Shown here: piece by piece, positions 13,080 through 24,644 of the stretch | Numbering within the stretch: position 1 is the first letter of the stretch | Layout: the number at the start of each line of letters is the position of its first letter | From: Camelus dromedarius | Lineage: Eukaryota | DNA length: 64,000 nt | Assembly: GCF_036321535.1 (NCBI RefSeq) | Contig: NC_087437.1 | Span: 89,840,001-89,904,000, forward strand | Direction: 5' to 3' | The notes under the pieces: generated by a model | Told to the model about the DNA's origin: nothing | Seen by the model: the letters and a program-made list of their open reading frames with translations, nothing else | Database searches by the model: none | Made by a program: the position numbers and the translations under genes

Positions 13080-13540
13080 TATTATTTTGATTGCAAGCAA
13101 GAAAGATTTGTATAGAAAGCTTAATTAAAAGAAAGTTGTGTCAAAGACCCAAAGGACAAAAACAAAATAGAACCTTATGTTAGAACAAGGGATTTAAGCA
13201 CCATGAGGGCACTCTCTTGACCTTTCACTCTTTGTATATTCCTGCTTCATTCTTTTTTTTCCCCCCTCAGGCTTAATTCTTCTTATTCAGTCTACACACA
13301 AAAAACAATGGCCACAAAGTGTAACAAAATTGATTCCCCATTTCTCCTCCTTTCTCTTGTTCCCTTTCAGTTTCCTCTGTCTCCTTTCTCCCTTCTCAGT
13401 TTTAAGTTTTTTAAGGGAAGAATTTGATTGTATCATTTATCTTTCTCTTAACAGTCAACAATGGTGAGGAACATGGGTTGTGCATTTACAATCATGTAGA
13501 AAATGGCTGCTTTTAAAAACTTTTGTAGGAATCGAAGTTC
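13080..13540. mobile_element. Possible ancient ERVL/MaLR-class LTR remnant
   Basis: Begins ttttgattgcaagcaagaaa...agcttaattaaaagaaa, resembling the ggttgcaagtaacagaaa...agcttaa start of old LTRs. Confidence 0.33.
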
Positions 13541-15764
13541 ATCTCTCAAAAAGGATGTGGAGACCTGAACCATTACTGTGAGAAGTGATTTCAAGGATCA
13601 AATATATAATCTGAATGAAACCTGTATTTCAGAAGAAGATAGAAAAGGAGAGAAAGAAAGAGGCAAAGAGCAGTTATAAATAAAATTAAGTCTGTACAAA
13701 GATACTGAAACCAAAGGAAATGGAAAATCAAAAGAAACAGTACATTTAGATTTAAAAAAAAATTAGTAATATCAGAATTGTGAAATCAACATTGGTTTTA
13801 ACCACTAAAGAATAATTAGTGATATTCAGGATGACAGTTTCTGCATAAAAAAGATGACACATAATTTGATGACATTCAGATATATTCTGTTTATGCTACT
13901 GCCCTCAGATACTGGTATAATAACCAATATTTTTTTTCAAAAATGAAAGGGAGAAAATTAAGTTAATTTTCTATGCTATTACTAATAGCTGCTGACTTTA
14001 AGTACCCACAAATTGTTGGCTTTAGAGTTTAATAATTTTATTGGGAAGGTGATGTCAAATTTACCAGTCTATGGTTTCTCGAATGTAATTCTTTCTCCTT
14101 AAAAAATATCTGAACCCATTTCTCTCTCTAATGTTCCTGAACTTCCCAACATTAGCATGATTCCATAAGGATAAATGAATGAACTGTGATTCTCTACAAA
14201 CTTCCCTGGAGTCCCTGGGATGTACCTTGCTCAGGCCAGGAGAATGTAGTAGTTTTAAGCAATCTGTTCTTGTGTTACCTTGGGTTTTATTTTCCTCTTA
14301 CCCAATGTTTTTTTTCCTGTTTGAAAACCATTTGCCTTGACATAGAAATTGGACAATAAAAGCATTGAGTAGTTCTTTCTATTATCTACATAATATATAT
14401 CTGTCTCAATTGTTAGAAAAATTTTCAATTTCTACTCGAGGCATAGTTCATCTTATAAAGTGTTATTTCTTGTCTCTACAACACCCTACAGATGAAAAAA
14501 TATACGCATAGGGTAAACTATGTCCTAAAGCCCCTTGTAGGCTTGTATACAAGTAGAAAAAAGAGATTCAAATAAAACGGATAGGTGTGGAACAACAGGG
14601 ATGGTGATGTGGGACACTCTAAATTGGGCACATAAATATGTTTGCATTGCAAAATCCTAGCCAGTTTGAGTCCTGATGTGACTTGACAGACACCTGTAAT
14701 ATAATTTATAGCTGTAATCCTTCAGTGGTGAATTGGTTTCCTGTATTTAATACTTTGTAACCTGTGTTTTATAATTTAAATTACTGTTCACTGATTTTAA
14801 GAACTGTCAAGTGAACATAGATGTGATTATTATGAGAGGTTTTATATGATAAAATGCAGTGATGACTCATGATTACTCCACTGCCTACTGCATCATCAAA
14901 TTTATTTTCTCCACTCTTATAAAACCACAGGTCTTCTTTCAAAAGGTGTCCTCACGATATGAAATGAACTATACTTATCCCTGCTTCTATACCTTTACCT
15001 ACACTTTTAAATTCTTTTTGCCATGAACTACTTTCTTTCTATATCTATCCTACCTATCCTTCAAGAGTCAGTTCGAGCCCCACCTCCCACATAAAGCATT
15101 CTCTAAGAGTAAGGATACCTCAATATATACCTCTCGTTAAATCTTTTGACACTCAAGTTCTGCATCCCACCAGTAACACACTATATTATACATTGTTCTT
15201 AATTCTTCATTCCTAAAGCTGTACATCTTAATTTTTATTATGTAAATATATTTCATTAAACATGTATTCATTATCAAGTAATTTCTTAACTGTTTTGTGA
15301 ATGTATTTATTTTTGTCCACAATCAGAAGATTACTGTGGCAAGGACTACGTAAATCTTCTAGCACATTTATTGAAAAAGAGACTAGGCTAGATGTGGAGG
15401 ATTCAACAAAGGGTAACAAGATATTTGCCATCTTGCTCTTTACATTTTTAGTATTCGATAAAACAAATACACAGCTAGGAAAATAATAGCTATACACTAA
15501 ATGCTTAGTCTTATAAACAGGGAGCAGTTAACACTCCCAAGATGAGTCTGTGTGTAGTGTGAAAACTAGTACCTGGGGGAGAGCAGGGCTGGAGGGTGGC
15601 CTTATGGTAGATGTGCATATGAGAAGGGAAGAAAGAGACAAAACCACCTGGCTATTCCTCCTAAGGACAAAGGAAGGTATTAGGCAGGACAATACTGAAT
15701 GATAAAGAATCAGAAAATTCTCCTCAAAGAAGAAGCAGGTCTGTTAGAAGCAAAAGGAAACTAG

Positions 15765-15905
15765 CATTGTTTAAAACACTAGTAGCAGCCAGAAGTTTAC
15801 TAGTTGTTTTAAATATTTTACTTAATCCTCACAACCTTTTGAAGTATTTATTGTTATCACACTCTGTGGATAAGAAAACTTAAGCTAACAGTTACATGAC
15901 TGGTA
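15765..15905 (-). mobile_element. MIR fragment
   Basis: acttaatcctcacaacc...ttatcacactctgtggataagaaaacttaagct. Confidence 0.6.
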
Positions 15906-16656
15906 AGGTTATTTCAGTTTGCTGTATAAAAATAAATGAAAGAGGAAATACATATATTTGCTATACAAGAAGGAGAAAACATTTTTTAAATATATAGATT
16001 GTTCTAGAGAACATGAAGTAAAAACACATAACCTATAAACCTATGCAGTATCATGTATATATATACACATATGTTTGAATTCTACTAAAACCATAAAGAC
16101 TTTGACACATCAAGTCAAAAGTCTTTTTCTTTCAGGGAGACATTCTTCTGGCATGAGAAGAGCCTATCTTCTCTCATGAAAATATATTTTCAGGATTCTA
16201 GTAAATGCAAACTTAACACAACTAGGAAATGGAAGAAACATCATAAATAGAAAACTGGAGTTTATAATATTCAATTTCTAAACACTAACATTTTCTTTTC
16301 ATATAATTCTATGAAGGTATGTTCAATTTTGAGGCTTTACATCAGCTTTATTTTATGCTGGATTTTTTTCAATTCTCAATTTGATCAAGAAAACTAAAGT
16401 CAACAGGCAAAATTTTAGGCATAAAAACACCTTATTCCACTTGGAATAAAGTGGGAAATAAAACAAGAAAATAAGCAAACTCATAAGCAATCATGCAAAC
16501 AGAGACATATATCAGAAACTGAACAATTAATATATGTTTGTATCTGGAGCAATGTACAACTAGTGTCTATACACTGGGCTGGTATCATCACCAACAGAAC
16601 TGGCTCTATTGTTTAAGATGACTTAGAAGACTGAGCAGAAGACAATCACAGTGAAT

Positions 16657-16662
16657 CATGCA
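16657..16662 (-). promoter_or_regulatory. RBFOX element TGCATG, 19-24 nt downstream of the microexon donor (second copy at 16492-16497)
   Basis: Plus-strand catgca at both positions, i.e. UGCAUG in the pre-mRNA. Confidence 0.7.
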
Positions 16663-16680
16663 GAATGGACAAGAGCTCAC

Positions 16681-16707
16681 CTTTAACTTTATTCTTTGAA
16701 GCAGCCG
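16681..16707 (-). CDS. CADM2: CADM2 27-nt cassette microexon, phase 1-1, encoding (A)AASKNKVK(G)
   Basis: Minus strand reads ...tctttccttggtaccag|CGGCTGCTTCAAAGAATAAAGTTAAAG|gtgagc. Peptide matches the recalled CADM2 isoform segment LLLQ-AAASKNKVK-GSQGQF. Confidence 0.95.
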
Positions 16708-16750
16708 CTGGTACCAAGGAAAGATTGCACAAGGAGAAGAGAACAAACAT
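16681..16750 (-). CDS. CADM2: CADM2 alternative first coding exon (5'-extended form), MFVLFSLCNLSLVPAAASKNKVK(G)
   Basis: ATG at 16750-16748 with A at -3 and an in-frame TAA three codons upstream. 70 nt open to the same GTGAG donor. Near-identical to the recalled human isoform N-terminus MFVLFLCNLSLVPAAASKNKVKG. Missed by the ORF track because it is short. Confidence 0.85.
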
Positions 16751-16763
16751 ATTAGATTATTAG
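16708..16763 (-). promoter_or_regulatory. Microexon 3' splice site: two CTAAT branch-point candidates, AG-free pyrimidine tract, UGC at -22 to -20
   Basis: Minus strand: gtCTAATaatCTAATatgtttgttctcttctccttgTGCaatctttccttggtacCAG. Confidence 0.8.
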
Positions 16764-17152
16764 ACAGAGCCTCTCAAAAGAAAAAAAGTCATGTTATTAT
16801 TATTAGTTAAAGTCTAAATGATAAATTTATGATTACATGATCAATACACTTTAGATGAATATGACTTACAACAAAGAAAATGACAATTGGTTATATTTTG
16901 TTAGTATATGATTAAAGTCCTTGAATAAGAAAGAATAAAAGATAGGAGCCACAGAGCACAAATTCCAAATACCAGAAGGCATCAGATTTTTTTAAGAACT
17001 ATGTATCTTTCTTTCAGTATGTTGTTTTTAACTTTAAGCTTTAGTTAATAACTCAATTAAGAATACTAACATACAGTTTAAATACATTTCGTATTATTTA
17101 ACAATTAAAACGTAATCCATAACTTTTGGATAAATCACAAGGGCAGGTCACT

Positions 17153-17392
17153 TGCATTTATTGAGTGCTTACTAAATGTCAGAGATGAGGGTTGAGTACT
17201 TTACATACATTTCCACGCAATGATCTCAAGAAGTAAGTTTTGCTATCATTGCCTTGCAGATGTGAAAACTGAAACTTCGAAAAGTCAAATTACTTGCTGA
17301 CTATGGCACAGCTGGAAAGAAGCAAATTTGGGATTTGATCCCAGGTGTATCTGACTCTGAAATCTGTGCTCTAAGATACTACCTTATACTGC
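17153..17392 (-). mobile_element. MIR (MIRb-like), near full length
   Basis: catttattgagtgcttacta...tgcagatgtgaaaactgaaac...gggatttgatcccagg...tctgactctgaa. Confidence 0.88.
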
Positions 17393-18479
17393 TGGGATTT
17401 AATGCACTGAGTCAACAACTAACCGAAATGCAAATATCAGGTCTACAAGCCAAAGCAAAATCGCACGATGCGTTAACCTTCAGCTGTTTGGTGCTTGATT
17501 GAACACACTGCTCATGAAACTAGAAAACTTCATTACTCTAAATGGCATTATTTTCATTAAGAAGTCGAAACTTCAGTTTATTTATATCTAGTGGTAAACA
17601 CTATTTGGGGCAGAAGTAAATTTAATGAGGAAGTTAGTACAGTCCTAATAGGAGAATTCTTTACTCAAAGGAAGACCTCTTGACAAAATGCATGATCAGA
17701 TACCTCTAAACACTGTGAAGCAGTATGTTCTATTCTGACTTAAATACTATTTAAAAAGATTGACAGAAGAAGGAGTGCTCTTTCATTCTCTAAACGATGT
17801 TCCAGATGAAGTAACACATCCCCTAGTTGGGAAATATGCAGTCTCCAGTTTGGCATACTGACCCTCAGTGAGGTTTAATTTAGATTGTAGATATAGTATT
17901 TATGATCAGCATATGGAAATTTTTAATGTACACTTTATTCTTTCAAGTCACTTAGAGTCAAACAAAAATTTCTAGCAAGTCTAGGTACAGGCCAGACCAC
18001 TCACAGAGAACTTCATTTCTATCCACAATCACAAAAACTATCTTACTGTTGTATTATCTTCTACTAGTTCATAAAAAATGTACATATTTTTAAATAATAT
18101 TTTTTTCAAATAAAAATATATTAAATAAAAGCAAAACTATTTCAGGAAACCTTAAGTCCTGTCATAATTCCATTCAAACTCTGTTTATTCCACAACTTTA
18201 AAATGAAAAAAAGTGGACGGAGAGGAAGAATGTTCACAATATTGCTATGAATATAAAATTTAAACTAACTTAAAAAAAAAAGACAAAATTAAACTACCAA
18301 CTATTTTGGCGATATTGTTCCTATGATATAACAATTCATAACAAAACTTGTAGTCCATTAGATTCTCTAAAATATTTAATATTAAAACTTAAAAACCTTA
18401 AAAGTCATTTTTTACCAGGAAATTTGCTCCAAATTAATGAATGAAGTGCTTCTATTCCTTTTAGTTTAATATTGACAGA

Positions 18480-18913
18480 TGCCAAAAATAAGAGGGGACA
18501 AATATAACAAAACAGTATCTCATCCTTCTCCAAAAGCTGCTGCTGAAATAATCAATATTAAAAGTTTTCTGTTATAAAAATAAATTTTGCTATTCTTATA
18601 AAAAGAAATAACATGTACATTTTGTGTATTTTGTTTCCAAAAATAGGATCATACTATACACATTTCTTTGCAGCCTACTTTTCCCACATTTTCCAGGTTA
18701 ATACATGGAGTTCTAGTGCACTAATTTTAATAGTTGTATATGTTTCTCTAGTGTATATGAACTATGGGACTATTTCCCTGTTGATAGATAATCAGGTTAT
18801 CTTTAGTGTTTTGGTTTTTTTTTCCCTGCTAATAAAAGTACTGTAATACACATCCTGTGTCACATCCCTGTGTACTGTACTGGTGTTTTGCTTCTGTAGG
18901 ACAGATTCCCAGG
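18480..18913 (-). mobile_element. Old L1 (L1ME-like) fragment
   Basis: aaataggatcatactataca...tttccctgttgatagataatcaggtt...ttctgtaggacagattccca. Confidence 0.7.
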
Positions 18914-21900
18914 GTTTTTTTTTTTTTTTTTCCCCTATATTTCTATCCAGGAAACCACTGACAAGATGAAGACCTTAAATACTGCAGATGGAACTGTGGA
19001 GAATGTTTGGGAGAAAAATATGCAAGTATATGAAATGTTCTAAAATAAGAGGAAATCAGCAAAAAGAAAAAAGAGAGAAACAGAAGTACAGAATCTAGTG
19101 TTCCAAATAACTGCTACACCACAACCTCCTCCTTGGATCTTTTAAACCACAAACTGTTTCATTTAACTTTTCTTACTTTTTATTTTTCAGTTAAAAATTC
19201 CATTTTTAATTCCTTGGTAGAATTTTAGTGGACTTCAGAATTTTAATCATTAAGAAATTATTTTCATCTTGTGTATTGTTTTAAGATTACACAGAGCTGA
19301 GAGACATTTGTAGATCATACAAAAAATGTTATTTGACTCAATTTCAAAGAAAATATTTCAATATATCAGTATATAGAATTGTTCACGTGAAAATAAATTT
19401 TACTTCAAATTCAAATCCATCACTTAAAACTTTTAGTACACATTCAAAGAAAAATTGCCAAAAACCTTTAGAAGTTTTTGCGGTAACAGTTAGCATCAAA
19501 TATGTAACAGATACAACTAATCTTTTATTAAAATCATCTTTTATTTAAAAATTATTGAAATAAAAATAGAGAAGGCAAATCTTCACATTTCTCAGTGGGA
19601 TGGAGATGACTTATTGAAAGTTCTCCAACATTACATGAAGGCAGATGATTTTACTCTTAGACTGTTGGATAGATAGCAAAATAAAATAGGAAAGAAAACA
19701 AATGCTCTGTGTCTGTTTCTGTGTGTGTTCAGGCAGCTAATACTAGACTAGGCTGGTTAATATAATTGGAAAGAGGCCAGGCTACCAGGCTTGTTAGCCC
19801 AATTATAATTCTTTGCATATTCAATAAAAGAAGCCAAGATGACAGCAATACTGTCATAAATGTCATGTTCAATACTTGTAAGATTTTCCATTGTCAGCAC
19901 AGTCCAATTATAAGTCAATTGTAAAGTGCACACTGCACACCACCCAAAAGTGACTGAAAATTATCTTAAAAATACAATTTTAGTGGTTCATAGTTAAAAT
20001 GAAAAGAAAGGAAGTAAAGGTACTTTGACCAGACAAAAGTTTCAGATATGACATTAACATTTCTTCACCTTTATAATAAAAGCAGCAAGTTGCAATTATA
20101 TTACAGTTGTTCACTACTTTTTCCAGAGATAATTAATTATAATATTAACTTTGTAACTGCTAATAATCATACTATTAATAATGTGAAAATTTATGCATGT
20201 AACTTTTGAAGAAAAATCATGTGAATAATAATGGAAATACCAGAGCTATTTACACATGGATGCTAAATAGTGAATATTAGGCATTATATTAATGAGGTTG
20301 ATTTCTAGAAACTCCAATACAAATAATGAAAAAGGAAAAATACAACTAACTGATTGCATTACCAATTAGTTAATTAGTTTGTTGCATTAGTTGACTGTCT
20401 ATTTGAAAAGTATCACTAAGAATTCTGCAGACTTGGTGGATCTAAAACAGTGTTTCTCAGAATGAAGTACAGGGAGTATAAATAGGGCACAAGGGCATTC
20501 TCAGAGAAGATTAATCTTACCTACCCCAAAATTGATTTGACCTCGTCACATTTTCCCAGTTCCTTTCATTTCTATTTCTAATTTTAAGATTAGTGTCATA
20601 ACAAAATGGTGATATGTGTTATTAGTATTTGCAATGTGTGGATAACGTAGAACATTCTGTGACTGTGGATTTGTGGTTGCCTTTAGAAGTGTTTACTGAA
20701 GTTACTTAGCAATGAAGCATTCAGTAACTAGCAAAGACATTACTGGAATTTATTCACAGAGCTCATGCTAAAGCATTACAGACCTTTTTATTTTAGGATT
20801 ACGTAGACTCTTTTTGAAACACTTTTGATATTTCAGCCTAGTGTTTTTTACTCTTCCTTCGATAAACAAATTTATAGGTAAGAGATTGCTGTTTCTTAAT
20901 AGGGAAGCAATAAACTTAGAAAGTACTAGACTTTCCAAGGAGACAGAGGTTCCTGACATCTATAACTTCATATTCAGATATATTAGATACTTCTTTTGCC
21001 CAAAATGTATCTACAATCAAATGAAACCAAACAAACAAAACCTCATGGCCATTGGTAGATTCCATGCAATATAATTTTTTAACATGAAAAAGTTACTCTT
21101 ATATGTTTAAATCATAAAAATAAAAGAAAATACATTGCCACCACTTCCTGGAAAAAAAATACAATGAAAACTAAGAGATCCAAAATACTTCAAAACTGAG
21201 AACCAGAGAGGGTAAGTGACTTTTTCTATGTCACCCACTAGTAGCAAAATTACAACCTAAACACCATGCTGAAATTATGTATTTTAAAATCCACTGTATC
21301 AAAATGCAATCATTAGATATAGTATAGCAATATAGTGCTAATTAATAACAGGTGAGTTTGATTCCTCTTTATAAAGGAGGAAATCACACTGATTTTAAAA
21401 GAAGCACTACTACATCAAATTCATCAGATATCACATTATTACAGTCTTTTCAAGAAATGGAAATTAAAATAATTATATTTCAGGGCTAGATAACTACCTA
21501 CATTTTCTCCCTTTTTCTCTAACTATCCCATACAAAGCTAAACACATTCTTTCACTAATCAATTGAGATTTATTTAAAATAACATCTTTCTTAGCTATCA
21601 ACTCACATCATCTAAACGTAAGAATTTTCTTCGAAGGCTCATTAGAATTTGAAGACTTGAAAAAGTGTGACTTCATATAATTTCTTTCACAAGTTTTTCT
21701 TTCTTAATAATCACACAATTTTCACACTAGGAAAAAATGTGTAAAAATGATGCTCGAGAAAAAAACGCTTGCTAAAAAAATTATACCCCAGAGTAAACAA
21801 ATATTTGATGAGTGGAAATTTCTCTTCATACAAATACTCCAGCCAACAAATAAAGAGGAAATAATAGAACTAAAAAAAAAAAAAAAAAAACCACTGCTCT

Positions 21901-21944
21901 GCAATTTTTACTAAGTTTTCATACATAGGCAGACACGTGTACAT

Positions 21945-22507
21945 AATGCTAGCTAACACCATTAATGGGTGACTACCAGGCATTATATACATTTTCATGG
22001 AAGGACACAATTTAAGAAATACTTTTGCCAATATAATCAAATCTGGATAGAATCATGCCTCTACGATGAACTTCCAATGTCCAAAATATAAAGAGAATTA
22101 AAAAAAATGCATGAAATCAATGCAATTAGTCAAACCCTGAATGGGGGAAAACACACACAAGGAATTTTGGTATTTGGTTCCTTTAGTAAATAGACATCAG
22201 GGATTAAAAAAAAAAAACTATTTGAAGGGAGAACCTAAGAGACATATCAAACAAATGTGCAGACTACTTTGGATCCTGATTTGAGCACTGGCTTTTCTGG
22301 TATCACAGAATTACTGTTAATACTTAGTTGAGGTAAATCATATTGCACTGTTTGTTTTTTTTTTAAGTCATTATATTTCACAAAATTAAGTATTTGTGAA
22401 AAATGACCTATTGCCTGGGGTTCTTTTTAAAATAATCTTAGGATGCATTTTGTTGACAATATTTTCTCTCTTTTTGTAGATGACTGAAATTTCTGATAAT
22501 AAAAAAG
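21945..22507 (+). mobile_element. Old L1 3' UTR (L1ME-like)
   Basis: acctaagagacatatcaaacaaatg...tttggatcctgattt...gaattactgttaat...tgaaatttctgataataaaaaa. Confidence 0.72.
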
Positions 22508-24625
22508 TCTTTAAATATTTAATTAAATATCTAGGTTTATTTCTTGACATCAATTTTCCTATAATGTGATTACATGTAATAGTGTATATAGAACAGCACA
22601 GTATCAGCTATTATTGGTGTTTATATTGAATGAGACCACTCTATCATGAAAGTAAGTTTTTATGGTATATGCAGGGCAAACAAGAATCACTGAAATAATT
22701 CTGGCTTACGAAATTTAGTCTCTAAAATGTGGAATGTAGTAATTTCTTCTACGAAATAACCATTTTGCTTCTACAGAAATGAAACATAAGTTTATTTTCA
22801 GCTTCTAGCCACTTTATTCATGTGTATTTTGAGAATTAAGTAATCTATATAATTATTTCTTTTCCATGTTTCTTCACTCTATAAATACTGAATTAATTAT
22901 ATGTATCAAGATTAACTGTTATTTTGTATTAAGAATTTTTCTCTCCACTGTTTTTATGCTTCTAGCACTGATAATTTACAAATAAAATATTTACACTACT
23001 TTATTCTATATTTGTTTCTTTTGCTGTCAAGAATCCCTTAACTTCATGAGTCACTACCAATTTATAAATTTATTTGTATGCTATATTACATACTGCCCTG
23101 TAGGCTTATGACTTTTATCCTGGTAAGTATAGAGAGAAGGTTTCAAGACCTTGTAAAAAAAATTGGGCTCAAACTCATGCCTCTAGAAGAGACTATAAAA
23201 TAAATGCAAACCCTTAGATACATGAGTCATATATTATTATGAAAGCACAAAGGTAATACTAGGATAAAAGATTCTCAATAAATAAAGTACATGGGCAATC
23301 TTTGAAGTTATATTTTATGTCTGTGTTACTAAACCAGGAAGCTATCTTAGAAATACCCTAAATCTACAACTGGAATAAAATACAGCCCTAGAGATTAGTC
23401 TTATCTTATACCCCAGATCCTCAGTGGCTAATTTTGATGGATAAATTGAGTATACATACGTTATTGTCAATGACATGAAGACTATTAGATTTAAGAAATG
23501 TTTCATAAACAGATACTTAGAAAACTAAATTCCATATCAGTGAGATTGGTCACATTTCTAATTTTCTAGATATTATAATTACATTTTCATTTTTCTACTA
23601 AATTACCATCTTAATCAGAATTTTTCTACTCAATAATTTATTTAAAAATATATTCCATTTTACTAGTTTAAACATATGTTAAGTAAATGATACCTTTATG
23701 TCCATAAATGGTAATGGTAAAATAGTAAAGCAGCTACCTATATATGTTGAATATTTTCTGAGTCATCAAAATTCTCCAACTGTCATGTGGAACCAATAAC
23801 GGTATGGTATCCACCAACAAAAGCTCACATTCAAAGGCAGATGGTGACATGAGAAAAATAACAGGACATAATAAACATTCTCCCCATGTCTGTATACATA
23901 TATATGTGTGTATGTATAGAGAACACAGTATTATGCAATCATTTTATATAATCATATACACATATAACAGTTTAACCAGTTCATTATACTATTGGTAACT
24001 ATTACTTTTATTCTTATTTAGAAAGAGTAACTGCTGAACCCTGTACTAGTGTTGAGGATGATTTTCAACCACGGAAACAAAGCATCACATAGTAAACACA
24101 TTTAACGACTGATAACAGTTTTGCAATCATTATACTGGATGACTGAGATTCACTGACATAAAGGAAGAGAATTCATACCACCTGGGGTTTACACTGACCC
24201 CCAAGAGTTTACAACTTTGGCATAAGGAGGGTAGTGACAGGAAATGGGTTAAGGGGCAGAAACAGAAAAAAAATTTTAACAGAAGTAATCTAATGTTTTC
24301 ATGAGATTTTTTTTTTGAGATGCATAAATAGAGATATGAAATCAGGACCGTCTGCTGATTTAGTCTACAGCATCTGAGTAAATAGTTATGAAGTAAATAT
24401 GAACTCAATGTTTCCTAACTCCTAATTACTAGATAATGGGTTAATTCTAGAAAAGCTGGGCAAACGAAGAATGTGGTTAGGAATAATTTAAGGGAATCTA
24501 TCTAATCTGCTTCAGTGTAGTGCAGGTAACTTGCTCAATTTCCAGGGGATCCAAAGGCAATCATTTCAGCATGCTAGCAAGATCAAGCCCTTCCGTGCAT
24601 AAGTACATGATCGAAAAATACTTGG

Positions 24626-24644
24626 TTGTGCCCTCTAGTGAACC
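24626..24644 (-). promoter_or_regulatory. CTCF core motif candidate
   Basis: Minus strand GGTTCACTAGAGGGCACAA fits YCASYAGRKGGCRS at all high-information positions. Motif evidence only. Confidence 0.55.
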
